Assembly (NCBI GenBank): GCA_032718475.1 | Contig: JAUCBJ010007827.1 | Coordinates: 1 to 37,543, forward strand | DNA: 37,543 nt | From: Nemertoderma westbladi | Taxonomy: Eukaryota > Animalia > Xenacoelomorpha | Direction: 5' to 3' | Part shown: in pieces, positions 1 through 12,691 of the stretch | Position numbering within the stretch: the first letter of the stretch is position 1 | Layout of the letters: every line of letters begins with the position of its first letter | Program-made: the position numbers and the translations under genes | Notes under the pieces: generated by a model | Seen by the model: the letters and a program-made list of their open reading frames with translations, nothing else | The model's database searches: none | What the model was told of the DNA's origin: nothing

Positions 1-350
1 GAAGTACAGAAGAATCCTAAGCCGGTTTTCTGGCTCAGAAATGTAAACAAAGACCGTAATGCATTGCGCGGTTTTAAACAGGCCCTTGTCCAACATAAAG
101 TGAAAATCGCTCTGATTGGCTGAGCAGAACAAAGAGGTTCCACGTTTACAGAAAATCAGCTGACAGATTTCGTCATCTGAGCTCCAGTCTTTTAGAGTAT
201 TATGCGCATTGCGGCAAAAATGACTTGTTATGTCCACTAAAGCACCTACACGGTACATTGCGGAGAAAAATGACTTATTATGTCCGCTAAAGCACTTACA
301 CGGTACATTGCGGAGAAAAATGACTTGTTATGTCCGCAAAAGCTTTTACA
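1..350 (-). repeat. LTR (family A), partial, running off the window start; 3' LTR of the left element copy
   Basis: Reverse complement of 14975-15325. On the minus strand it starts TGTAAAAGCTTTTGCGG directly after the purine-rich CTGGGAGCGG. It contains three ~49-bp tandem units. Confidence 0.85.
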
Positions 351-428
351 CCGCTCCCAGAAAATGGGATTTAATTCTATAAAATATAAAAAATCACAGT
401 TTCTAAAATATAAAAATACTCTAAACAG

Positions 429-872
429 TTAGTCCTTCTTACGTGAACGGCGTTTACGTAGTTTTTTGAGGCTAGCAAGAGTCCTTTTCTCTTTGGGGCG
501 AGCCACTTTACTAGGAGGGCTATAACTCCTGGGTGAAGGGTGCAATACAATTGCATCGGAAGGTTTAGGGTTACGGTCGGTGTATCCGCCGGTCGAGGTA
601 CCCAGTTGATCAATATCAACCTCAGTGGAACGAGGTCGAACAACCTTTAGACTGCGTTTCAAGACAGCAGCTCTTACTGGTCCCTGACGGGTCGTTTGCA
701 CGAGAGCGGTAGGTGGACCGTGAGTAGTGAGAAATTTCCTCGGTTTGATGTTTCTTTCCAACTCGAGTTCCCTGGCTTTATATTCATATGGTTGTCTATG
801 AACTTCTTGTAGTTCTGGATGCGAGTTTATGAACAAATCACCATGGGATTTATCAATGGTAGAAACTTTAAA
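429..872 (-). CDS. Accessory ORF2, basic, ending KKLRKRRSRKKD; intact in this copy; no ATG, open from the TTTAAAG site at 866-872
   Basis: ORF track 429..836 starts at TTG. The frame is open upstream through the heptamer. A disrupted homologue lies at 14452-14896. Confidence 0.55.
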   Translation of the reverse strand, partial: FKVSTIDKSHGDLFINSHPELQEVHRQPYEYKARELELERNIKPRKFLTTHGPPTALVQTTRQGPVRAAVLKRSLKVVRPRSTEVDIDQLGTSTGGYTDRNPKPSDAIVLHPSPRSYSPPSKVARPKEKRTLASLKKLRKRRSRKKD

Positions 873-2474
873 CTGTAGGTAGGATCTTCTGGTTTCACCA
901 TATAATATTGAGTTAAATTGACATAATAAGGGTGGTCTTTGATCCCATAAAATGAGTTCGGTAAAGGTCTAGCGCTTAGGTGGTTGACCTCGTGTACTAT
1001 ACGACGGACAAGATCCGCTCGATTGTCCGGAGGTTCAACGAGTATACCGTCGAAACGAGTGGCCTCAATTGGCGGATGTTGTAACATAGGAGCGTCAGCG
1101 ATAAGATCTCTAGATCTTAGGTTGATATCAACCAGTTGGGGTTGTACCGTGGCGAAGATTTTGTCTCCGAAATGGGGAACCATCAAGGGATGAATGATGA
1201 TTTTGGAATAGAGATCAGTCATGAGGATTTGAGCTTCTGGCTGGGCTAAAGCTGCTTCTTCTCTCTCATCCATTTCGATATGCTTCTCCTCGAGCTGATT
1301 TTCCTCCGCTTGTCGTTGGAAGCATTCATCCAAAAACTCTTGCAGAGAGTAGGTTCGTCCAAGTTCGATGTCTTCCTCGAGGTTCTGGATTTCTCGATCG
1401 AACTGGGGTAAGGCCAATTCCTTTACTGCTTGTACTTGCTGCTGCAATTTACGTTTATCTAAACAATCGTAAGTTCCTTTTCCGATCTTTTGCCGAATAG
1501 CGTCTAACACGTTTCGTACAATGCTCTCCTCCACCTCGGTGACGGGTTGTATCGGGGTTAAACCGGGGTGATTATAAGGGCTGAATGGCGATATTAAATG
1601 TCCGCATCCCAATCCGGCTAGGTAAGATGGGCGAATATCTAGAGAGCCCACTACCGGAGTGCCACCGATTAATTGTTTGGGTAACACTAGATCTTTGAAC
1701 AGTGAGTACAGTTCAGGAGGATCCGTTATACTATTAGGATCAAGAGTTTGAGGTCTCACTAGGGAATGAGGAGGTCTGACCGAGGATTCCGGAACTCTGA
1801 TCATCGGTTTATTTAAGGATCGTTTTAGTCGAGCGAGCGTAGGTGATACATCGAACAAGTTTCGCTCGAAACTCCCGTAAATATAGCGAGTAAAACCGTG
1901 TTTAAAGCAACGTCTCCGCGGATGTTTATGTCTTTCCGTTTGTTGGTTGGGGCTTGGGCATTCATTGCAATAATACCAAAGACGCACGTCTTGTAGGGGA
2001 AACGCGGGTGATATTTATTCTGGTTTACAACGTTTCTCTCAAGAATTCCAAATATACGTTGGAGTTACTGCGTTTATCCGGTTCTTTAACGTCTTCTCTT
2101 TCGAGTCGATTTCGAATAGAATTTTCGCATTCAATTTTCAGTTTATCGTTCCGACTCCGCTGGGTAGGATATTTAAATAGTACCATTTCCCTTTCGGTGT
2201 CGACATCGTCCATATCGTGTAAATCGATAGGATGACCAGTAGTTAAGAAGTCCATATGCGTACCATTATTACGGTGCGTATAGCGAGCAGTGAATTTTCG
2301 ATAGTCCAATTCACGCGTAAGTTGCTCCTGGGACATCGGCGGTTCGATATAACGACCATCGTCCTCCATAGTAGTTGGACTAGCGTCGCTGCGTATCAAG
2401 CTATCAATAAACGCTTGCAACGGTAGAGTATATTTCTCCCTGATACCAAGATCATCTTCTATCAACTCAGTCAT
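827..2474 (-). pseudogene. Accessory ORF1 (unknown protein), left copy, broken by a ~164-bp deletion/frameshift near 2030
   Basis: ORFs 2025..2474 and 827..1987 align to the N- and C-terminal parts of 12692..14497. The segment equivalent to 13133-13296 is missing. Confidence 0.8.
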
Positions 2475-3290
2475 AGTTGCTATATGAGTTTATCAATATT
2501 ATAATTAGTTATAATTAGGCTAGCAGGCGTCGCTGCCTACCCCTCTCGGCCCCGGACAGCGCAAGATCCTCAGCGCTGGTGTACTTTCGCCGATGTGCCT
2601 ATCGCCAACGTAGTAGCTGCACAACGACCACAACAACCAGCGCGAGTCACTCCACCGTCCATCCCAAAGGCTTAGATTTACTTCAGGTTCTTACTGGAGA
2701 GTTAGGGCTACTTTCACAATTGCGACTCGCTACTGTAAACACACTTTAGTAGTAACATTCACCTATAAACACACAAATTCCACACAACTGTCACAAACCG
2801 CACACATTCGGGCCATTTGTCCGTTAGTCAAGTGCCTTCCAGAATGCCACGTTATTATTGGGTATCCTGGGATACTAGCAGTATGCTATTTATTCCTTAT
2901 GCTATTCAGTGGGGCAAGCCTTTATTGTTCTTTTAACTCACTTCTAATTCTAGCGTGGTTGTTGCCATGGTGACATTATGGAAAGCTAGCAGTAGAATTA
3001 GGGTAATTTTCATGCATACAGATCTGGGATGCTATTTAATAGTAATTCTTTAATTGTCAATATTCCTCTTTATACATGATTTTATGAATTTTATTGGCTA
3101 TTGACTATATATTGGAGATTCTCGCACACTAATACACTTAATAGGGTGAATCTCCGCTCCCATGATCTATTAATTTATGGAATTTTGGGAATGTTATAAA
3201 TTGTATAAAAATGACAATTTTTCAAATTCATTAAAAGATGAATTTAAATTTATTCCCGTAAATTTTATTATTTAATATTAGATAGACACA

Positions 3291-3650
3291 ATTTTATTCC
3301 AGAGCATGTCTGGGGACTAGGGTCCTTAATTCTAGGAAATTTGTCCTTTTAAGAGTATCGGTAAGTGCTACAATATCTTAATCGACTAGAATTTTTAAAG
3401 GATCTGAATTTTAACACATTTTGGATTTGTAGATTTTCTTCATTTACAAACTCCTTAGAATTTATTTGTCTGCATTTATTCTATTATAACATTTGTTTTA
3501 ATAGATTTTGTAAATATTAAATAGTTACTTACTATTTCAGATGGGCACCGATTTATTCCAGAACTTGTCTGGGGACGTTAACCACTGATTCTAGAATTTT
3601 GTCTTTCAAGTATATCGGTGGGTGCCGCGATATCTTAATCGACTAGAATT
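3291..3650. repeat. Diverged ~100-bp direct repeat pair (3291-3393 and 3551-3650)
   Basis: Both read ATTTATTCCAGA...TGTCTGGGGAC...TATCGGT...ATATCTTAATCGACTAGAATT. Confidence 0.75.
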
Positions 3651-5450
3651 ACAGATGGTCAAAGGGTTTAACAGATTTATTTTGCGTTTTACGCTACTGT
3701 TAAAGGGACATCATGCTACTATATGTATTATTTAATATACGGTATGAGAGCAATATTGCAAGGAGCAATGTCAGTGAGAAGAGGCAAGTCATTTCCAAGG
3801 TCTACCCAGAGCTTGGTTTAGCTGAGACACGAGGATCTGAACTTTGTGGTGCTTCACCAGCCTAGGGTCTGATACTACTACTGTAGGGATGACCTTTCTT
3901 ACAGTAGGAGGGGACTTGGACCTCGGCCTCAGATTTTCTATACTCCTATCTGAGTCACAGACTGTTCTTTCTAGGAGACTATCTGACAGTGTTTGTTTTG
4001 TGTCAGCCATGATTTATATTGCAGTTGAATGTCTACTACTATAATGACAGTTAAAGTAAGTCTAGTAATTCAGTATTAACTGTAATCCTAGTAATTAATT
4101 ACCGATACCGTTACTCAGTGGAACGTTATATATATATATAATATATTAAAATACCGGTATACACTTATAGTATATATAAGAATTATTACTGACGAGGTTT
4201 AGTCACAGAATACCAGTATATAATTTCAGCCTAAATTTATATAAATAAATATAATAAGCCTACCGTAAATACCGGTATACACCTACGTATACATAGATAA
4301 GCCTACTTTGAATACCGGTACTGTCAATTATTGATAATAACTGAATTTCTGAATTTTAGGGTTACTTTCCTTTACTTTATTACTGTTATTAAGCAGTAGT
4401 CCAACTGATATTAAGACCTAATGGATGTATAACATGCCTACTATTTTATAAACCGGTTTGAGTTGATTTATAATATATTATGTACCCGTACAAGGGATTT
4501 GACAATATTTGAAATAAATGTTATTATTTCTGGGTAAGGAGTCACTACACAGAAGCTGAACGCTCTCAGTGGAGTGCTACTTGTTGGACACTAAAACGAA
4601 TAATGCTACTTTACTAAGTTACTTATCACTACAAATTACTTACAATTACAGTGTGAGATTACAATCTCTAAATAAACACCAAAAGTTACACATACAAATT
4701 TCAGGGTAATTTTACAAGAAATCTACAAACCAGTCTAACAAGGAGTTAGAATTTCTGGTTATTACAAACTGACAGGAACTACGGTATTTGAAAACAATAA
4801 AGCAGTAGTAAGTAAATTGCGTTGTCCAGATAAGAAAATACCACCGTCTGACGACTTATAGTCTTAAACTATAAGTACTACGTTATGTACCCGGAGTGTC
4901 CTTACCTAGAAGTTAATTACCGCAGCCAACCAGAGCTAACGTGCCTATTAACCACTTTACAACACAAATATACTGCCTACACACTAATTACTTTCGGAAA
5001 GCACTGTACGCTAAACCCTAAATTAGGTACAAGTACTTATACAACAAATAACCAGCAGTTAAATATACTTGAACAGCCAAAAGAACCACGGTTTCTGCTG
5101 GGGTGACCGGAGCACAAAATCACCAGTCTTTACCTACGCCAAGCAGCCCTGATGTAGTACCGGGGTTAATTTAACTATAACGGTATGTATAACAAGCACA
5201 ATTACTGTAGGAATAAACTTGGGGAATTGGAGGTTGCGAATACTCGCATAGACTCTGTGTTACGGTATATGGTGCTGTACCTACATTAGTCCGTGTTATA
5301 CAGTATAATTATATTAGCCCATTATACAGTATAATATATTAGCCGTTATACAGTATAATTATTTAGATAAGCCATAATGACACGCAATCATATTTAGATA
5401 GGGAAAAATAAAATATCCACATTTATAGATCTTATCCATTTTGTATAGTA

Positions 5451-6403
5451 TGTAGCCCTACGTACGTAATTTTGTAATAAAACATAAATAAATAGCTTTA
5501 CGGTAGCAAGTTTCCTATAAAAACCTTGATGCAAGCTTGCTGTTATTGGTATTAATAGAATTAATCGTGTATTGCATTGATTTCATTGTATTTGTCTTTT
5601 AAAATTAGCTTTATATTAGATTGTGCTTAGTGTACTTTAAATATCGCGAAATTAATGATAGGGCCAGCATCCAGGGACGCAATCCTAACCATTCAGCAGC
5701 CAGGGACGTGATCCATTACCATATATGGTAATAATTTGCGATTTGGGAACCCTGAGGTTCACAATCCGGCTTCCTTATTGGCCCAGCTGTTCCAGGTTGG
5801 TCTGATGGTGGGGCGGATTGGGGAACCAATGAGAGGAATATTGCATCATCCCTGTTGCATCACCTATAAATTGGCTGTATTTCCGGAATGTGCATCTTAA
5901 TCTCTCAGTTGTTATATCTCAGTTGTTACAGCAGTAGCAGTGGCAGTATTGTAGTTTGTTTCTGGTTTCTGTTTTTTGTTAATTCTTAATCTCTCATTTT
6001 TTTTGTTAATTCTTAATCTCTCAGTTGCTATATCTCAGTTGTTACAGCAGTACCATTAATTCTTAATCTCTCAATCAATTACTGCAAATTACAACCTTGA
6101 ATTATGATTTCTACTTTTGATTATTAATTCCTATATGATTTAAGATGTGATAATCCCACGGGATTTCTTTAGACTGTCAGACTGTTTGTGATTGCATGCG
6201 CCGCTACGGTAGCTATTCATTCTAATGGAGGGCTAAGGTACCGGTAGGCGCGGCGGGCGCACTGGGAGGAAGCGATGGAAGGGAATGCAGAGGATCCAAA
6301 GCGGGGCAACACTGGCGGGGGCCACCGTTGCGGTCGGAGCTAGTCAGTTGAGGACCGGGGACCAGCCGCTGTTACAGTATTAGGGGGCTGACGATCCAGA
6401 TTT
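5451..6403 (+). mobile_element. Putative LTR of a second family (Gypsy-like) ending GTTACA at 6376, followed by a degenerate tRNA-Pro-type primer-binding site; 5' boundary uncertain
   Basis: Contains a promoter motif cluster and internal short repeats (TCTTAATCTCTCAGTTG). TAGGGGGCTGACGATCCAGATTT at 6381-6403 resembles the tRNA-Pro PBS TGGGGGCTCGTCCGGGAT. No second copy in the window. Confidence 0.4.
5777..5870 (+). promoter_or_regulatory. Pol II promoter-like cluster (CCAAT, GC box, CCAAT, TATA)
   Basis: ATTGG at 5777, GGGGCGG at 5810, CCAAT at 5826, TATAAA at 5865. Confidence 0.45.
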
Positions 6404-8422
6404 CCGTCTCTACTTTGTAGTTTTAGGGGGGCAGAATTTGGGTTTAGTTAGGAGTCCCATGTGTGGCTTTGGGTGACCTGTGGTTCTTACACTGACTGAC
6501 TAACTGATTGGATGACTAATACTCTCATACTGATGTACTAATGTACGGGTATTTAGTGCACTAGCTGATTGGTGTAGTTAGCGCTATCTGCCATACTACT
6601 AACTTAGTGCTACGCTATTTGTGTTGTGTTGCTAAAGAGTGCCTGATTCTTAAATGTGAATGCTTAGATAGGCGCCTTTCCCTTTGATTGATTTCAATTT
6701 CTTAGTTTATGCTTATTAATTGCTAATTAGGTCAAAATAATACCGTACTTAGACTGTTGCTAGTATAAGCCCCAGTACGTAATAAATTAGAATTGCGTAT
6801 TCTGGAATATCTAGTAATTAGTACGTATATTTGTATTTATGACTGTAATTAATTTAGTGATAAAATAAAATAAGAATTTGTACGCAGCATAGCGGAGAGT
6901 AGTTTAAGTAATTGTTTTAGAATACTGTAGACTATTCACGCTAGGCGGTTATTTGAAAATAGCGGGGCAACGGGCTGACAGCAGTGTCCAGTATACAGTA
7001 CAGCAGTAGTAAGTTTGCTGGTCTAAAACCAGCCAAATGCCAAGTTTCAGCACCTAGGAAAGTAATAGATCTGTCCCCTTAGATTAATTAAAACATTCTC
7101 ACATTCAACGTGTTCTGCCAGTGAATTCCAGTATTTTGCGATAAGTGAACTCCGAGTGCTAGGTCACCCGCACTCGTTTTAAGTAGCTTAGGGAGCCGAT
7201 TCGGGTTTATTGTTTTGGTTATTCCCGCGTGGCTCATAGATTCGAACAGTTAGCTCTCTGTTGAGCGATCAACAGAGAAAGGAACAAGCGATTTGCAGGA
7301 GCCGTATAAAATTAGTAAAATATATTAGCGGACGGCCAGGTTAGCGCCATCCAGCAGTGAGAAGCAGTTTTGTGTTTAGCAGCAGTGCGGCAGTAATAAC
7401 GCGCTCCTGATCGCCCCTGTTTAACAGTAAGAACCACTTTGACTTACTGTACTACGTACAGTAAGAACCATTGTATTTTGCTGTTGCTTTGCAACAGTAA
7501 GAAACATTTGTTTACTAATCGCAGAATACAGCAATTTATTGGGCCGTTAGGGTAAATTGTAAATTAGTAAGTTTTTGAAAATTTTAGCTAGGTTTGTGAG
7601 AATTCAGTTTTGGTCAAAATTATTTGTAATAAAATCTAGAGTTTTGTACTGTTATGTTAGATAACCGCTTAGTTGTTTTATACCATCTGGAGATACATGG
7701 CAAGACGGAGCTTCTGAGTTTGGGGTTTGTGTGGGCCTGCGGGTTCGGTTTGCAATCAGCGAAAAGCCTGAAACTTTGGACGCGGATGTGGAATCTCACA
7801 GCAAACAAGGTTGGTTGTTCTGTTGGTACCATTGTGTTTGTGGAAGCAGTAAAAAATTACCGGTTGTTTAACTGCGAAACTGAACTCAATTTATTAGTTA
7901 GGTTAGTTAGGTTTAGCCGGCCATGGTGTTTTGGATCGCTCAGTTGGAGAGAGAGAGTGTTGCAACCTAAAGGTGTAGCCACGTGCTAGTGGATATATAT
8001 AATATTTAAATATAAAATTACATTGATTTTGAGCTATATATATATAAAGTTAGAAATATTTGGGTGGCAAATTCATTTTTTTTTTGAATATTTTGAATTG
8101 GATTCAGAAAATATTTTGTGTCATACTGGTATTTAAATGCTATAGCTATAAAATAGATTAATTACTATATAATTAAATTAATTACTATATAATACCATTA
8201 AATGCTATATAATAGCTATAGAGCAATTTTTTGTTTAAATAATATACCTGTATTTGCTATAACTATATACCATTAAATTCACAATATTATATTGCAAATT
8301 TATTTCGACATTTGAGACCAAATAATTTATTTGGTGCATAATTTAATCATATTTTCGATTAAATTATATATATCTCGAATTTTTGCGAGATTTTGGCCGG
8401 AAGGCAAATTATTATTAAGACT

Positions 8423-9973
8423 ATGAGTGTCTCAGAGAAGGAGGCACTAGAGGACAGCTATGAGACGGCGGCTGGACCGCCGACTGATGATAGCGTTAAT
8501 ATTACTGTTGACGACAATGCCGACTATGACGACGCAGCGAGCGACGCTGACGTAAGTGAACAGGAGGATGAGACAGTAACTAGTGAGGAAGAACAAGGAC
8601 CTCAAGTAATAGTATTAGGATCCCCTACCACTACTGTAAGGAAGGATTGTATAGCAGCCCGACCACAGGTGAGTGATAGGGAGGGTAGTGTAGCAGAAGC
8701 GAGAGCCCGGAGCCCGGTTTCCAGACCTGTGGGTATGGTAAGTGCCGTGGCCCCAGTGGCTGTAAGGAGTACCCGTAGTTCCCGAAATAATCCTTCAAGT
8801 CCACCGAGTGTGAGTCAGGTAAGCGAGAGAGAACTAGACATCGCGATAAAGAAGAAACTTCGTGCGCATGCCGGACATATAACCCCCACGACGGACAAGG
8901 TAAGGAAGATGCTAGCTGACTCAGCAAACATCGGAAGGGAAGGGTTAGTAGAGATTGGAAAGGGATACAACTCAGCGTTATTCAAGCAGACGGAGGAGCT
9001 TGCAGTCCTAGCGAAGAGAGCAGTGGAGTCTCAGTCGAGCGACGTGGCGACGAGGGTTTACGACAGGGTTTTAGCAGCCTTGTTAGAGCACCGTGCGTTA
9101 TCGGAGCGATTTTGACGAGTTACGACGGAGAACTGGTTGCTATGGGCATCACAAGCGCAGGCGACTCAGGTGAGTGACGCAGAGTTGAGAAACTTAGTGG
9201 AGCGGGAAGAAAACCAAGATAAAGAAGGGCGCCGGTATCAGAGGGAAGTTACCAGCTGGCTGATACAGAGTGGAGTGGTGGTACCAGGCCAGGTGCTACC
9301 AACGACGGACAACATCCAACAGAGAACGTTAACTCCACCCGACGACGCATCTAGAGACAGTGGCAATTCCCAGGTTAGTCACGCGCGAGGTAAAGTTATA
9401 TGCGCTAGATTCCTTGTTTCTCACAACTCGGCGGAGGAGAGAAGACGCCGACTAGACGAACAGCAGGCGGAAGTTTTGCGTGCATCGGAAGCACGGAAGG
9501 AAGCCGAGCGGGAACGGGAGCGCACACGGAAGTTAGACGCAAAGTTGCGAGAGTTGGAGGAAATAAGTAAGCGTGAGCAAGCGGAACGCGAGCGCAAGGA
9601 ACGCGAGCACCAACTTGAACACGAGCGCAAGGAACGCGAACACCAACTTGAACGCGAACAGAAGGAACGCGAACTCCAACTCGAACGCGAACAGAAGGAA
9701 CGCGAACTCCAGCTGGAACGCGAGTGCAAGGAACGCAAACTCGAGATTGAGAAAGAGCGATGGGCGTTGTATGAAGAAAAGGCACGTGTGGAAGAGGAGA
9801 GCGCAGCTCTCCTGGTTAAAGTCCATGCACGGGGTAGGGGACCTCAAGGGACACAGGATTTCGGTAGAACTAGACTCCCTACTTCCGAGAGACCAGCACA
9901 CTCGACAAGAACGGAGAGCATTGCCATTGAAGCGATGCTTCCATCATCACTACTCCAGGACAAAGATCGCTAG
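8423..9973 (+). pseudogene. gag: BEL/Pao-type gag N-terminal region with an in-frame TGA at 9113-9115, truncated by deletion
   Basis: ORFs 8393..9115 and 9137..9973 are in the same frame, with ATG at 8423. The KKKLRAHAGHIT helix resembles BEL gag N-termini. It has a coiled-coil repeat and directly adjoins a BEL integrase. Confidence 0.65.
9584..9745 (+). repeat. 33-bp coding tandem repeat (ERKEREHQLEH-like), 4-5 copies, within gag
   Basis: GAACGCGAGCGCAAGGAACGCGAGCACCAACTT and variants. Confidence 0.8.
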
Positions 9974-11525
9974 TGATACCGCTCCACCGACATCCGAGCA
10001 GGTCCATGCTATTAAAGATCTTCCCAAATATAAAGTATCAGATAGGTTTGTGACGGAGAAGATCAGTTACCAGGAGCATGAAGAAACCAATAAGCAGATA
10101 CTGAGACTCCTGCAATGCTATGAAGATTCCAATAAGTATTTCCTGCTGTTGAGAAATCCACAGATGCGCTTAAGGGATCGTTTCTCTAGCACCATTATAG
10201 ATGGGTTAATACGCGTTGGAGGGAGACTAACTAATGCTCCATTATCCTTTGACACTAAGTTTCCCATACTCATTAGAAATCTTGAAATACAAATCAAGAT
10301 GATTGTAGATGTTCACAGTAGGCTTTACCATGCTGGTAGAGAACGAGTTCTTAGCGAAATTCGAACTCGCTATTATTTCCATAAACCCCGTAGAGCTCTG
10401 AACCAAGTTCTTAGGAACTGTATACCCTGTAGGAAGGCATTCAGTAAGCCTTTAACACAGCGAGAGGCAGAATAACCTAGGGAATGAGTAAGCTTCTATG
10501 AACCACCCTTTACTAATACCGGTGTGGATTTATTTGGCCCTATTGAAGTATATCGTGCTAGGACTATAGTCAAGGGATGGTGTGTCATCTTTGTCTGTAT
10601 GACTGGTAGAGCGATCCATCTAGATATGGTGAACGATCTATCTACCAACAGCTGCATACTGAGTTTACGCCGACAGATCGCTCGCTTTGGAACTAGCAAC
10701 ACGATGAGATCTGATAAGGGAACGAACTTCATTGGCGCCAATAATGAGATCAAGGCTTACATTAAAGATTGGAAACAAGACAGGTGGACGATCAGCTAAG
10801 GGTAACAGCATCTAGCTGGACCTTCAACGCCGCCGAAGCCCCCTTGGTGGGGAGGAAGTTGGGAGAGATTGATAAGGAGCGTGAAGACTGCATTTCACTT
10901 TATAGTGCCGTGCCGCGCGTATCTCACCGACGAACTTTTGCAGACGTTAATGGAAGAAATTGCCGCCTATCTTAACGAGAGACCGCTTATGCCAGTCTCA
11001 TCGAGTCCCGACTCCCTAGAAGCGCTAACACCCGCGCATTTTCTACTGAAGAAACCTGTAGCCATGCTCCCACAATCGGAAATCACGGACGGAGACGAAT
11101 ACTGCCGACAAACTTGGCAACTCATGCAGTTATTATCCCGTCGTTTCGCTGACCATTTCGAAAATCATTATCTGCCTACGCTACAACTTCGAACCAAGTG
11201 GTTTGCGCAGCAAGAAAACGTCAGCGCCGGAGACATGGTCCTTATTGTGGAATCAGATCTTCCACGTAAGCGATGGCAGACAGGTTGTATCATCGAGACT
11301 CATATATCCGATGATGGTTTAGTGCGATCGGTAGAACTCGTCATCATGCGACGTAACTTTAAGAAACCAGGAATTGTATTCGAAACACAACAACTCAATC
11401 GCCCAGTTGGTCGTTTATGTTTACTGGAAAGAGACAGAGAACTATCCGGAAACTATGGAAGGCAAGATACTCTTCCCACGACCACCTCCCTAATCCAACA
11501 AACATCTAGGGACTCCCCAACGTAA
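9970..11525 (+). pseudogene. pol: BEL/Pao pol C-terminus: integrase Zn-binding domain, DDE core and C-terminal (DUF5641-like) domain, with stops and frameshifts
   Basis: Motifs DGLIRVGGRL, H..LYHAG...CIPC, PFTNTGVDLFGP, RAIHLDMV, SDKGTNFIGA, WERLIRSVK, LNERPL, LTPAHFL, YLPTLQLRTKW, DGLVRSV. Stops near 10473 and 10485, frameshifts near 10780 and 10845. Confidence 0.92.
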
Positions 11526-12691
11526 CAGCGTCTGGAGTGGGTGTGTGACTATATTATTTTATATGTTTTTATTATTTTTATATTTATGTATGTATTATTA
11601 CGTAATTTTATTATTATAATCGTTTTCTTTAATTTTATTTAGTAGAATGTTATTTTAGCGATGTTATAAATCGGTGCCCATCTTAAATATTAAATATTTA
11701 ATAAATATTTGTAAAATCTGTCAAAACAAATATAATAGAGTAAATGCTTACAAGCTAACTCTAGAAAATCTATAAATCAAAATTTGTTAAAATTTAGATC
11801 CTTTAAAATTCTAGTCGATTAAGATATCGTAGCACTTACCGATACTCTTAAAAGGACAAATTTCCTAGAATTAAGGATCCTAGTCCCCAGACAGGCTCCG
11901 GAATAAAATTGTGTCTATTTAGTGTCAAATAATAAAATTTACGGGAATAATTTTAAATTCATATCCTCTCATGAATTTGATAAATTGTCATTTTATACAA
12001 TTTATAACATTCCCAAAATTCCATTAATTAATAGATCACGGGAGCGGAGATTCACCCTATTAAGTATATTAGTGTGAGAGAATCTCCAATATATAGTCAA
12101 TAGCCGATAAAATTCATAAAATCATGTATAAAGGGGAATATTGACAATTAAAGAATTACTATTAAATAGCATCCCAGATCTGTATGCATGAGAATTACCC
12201 TAATTATACTGCTAGCTTTCCATAATGTCACCATAGCAACAACTACGCTAGAATTAGAAGCGAGTTAAAAGAACAATGGAAAGCTTCCCCCATTGAATAA
12301 CATACGGAATAAATAGCACACTGCTAGTATCCAGGGATACATAATAATAACGTGGCATTCTGGAAGGCACTTGACTAATGGACAAATGGCCCGAATGTGT
12401 ACAATTTGTGACAGTTGTGTGGAATTTGTGCGTTTATAGGTGAATGTTACTACTAAGGTGTGCCTCTGCAGTAAGAACCTGAAGTAAATATAAACCCTTG
12501 GGACGGACAGTGGAGTGACTCGCGCTGGTTATTGTTGTCGTTGTGTAGCTACTACGTTGTCGAGAGGCACAGCGACGACAGTACATCAGCGCTGAGGATC
12601 TTGCGCTGTCCGGGGGCATTGAGGGGTAGGCAGTGACGACCACTAGCCTAATTATAATTAATTATAATATCGATAAACTCACATAGCAGCT

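Larger units (their letters stand above)
1..3650 (-). mobile_element. 3' part of an LTR retrotransposon (spacer, accessory ORFs, PPT, LTR); inverted relative of 11666-15325
   Basis: Colinear reverse-complement similarity from 3556 (matches 11666, ATAAATCGGTGCCCATCT) to position 1, with scattered substitutions and indels. Confidence 0.85.

Noticed and set aside
3789-4010. 73-aa minus-strand ORF as gag start of the left element
   Set aside because: Only a trivial SPxTVRK resemblance to the 8423 ORF, with no alignable similarity.
9405-9901. Antisense and alternative-frame ORFs over the gag repeat
   Set aside because: Shadows of the 33-bp coding repeat.
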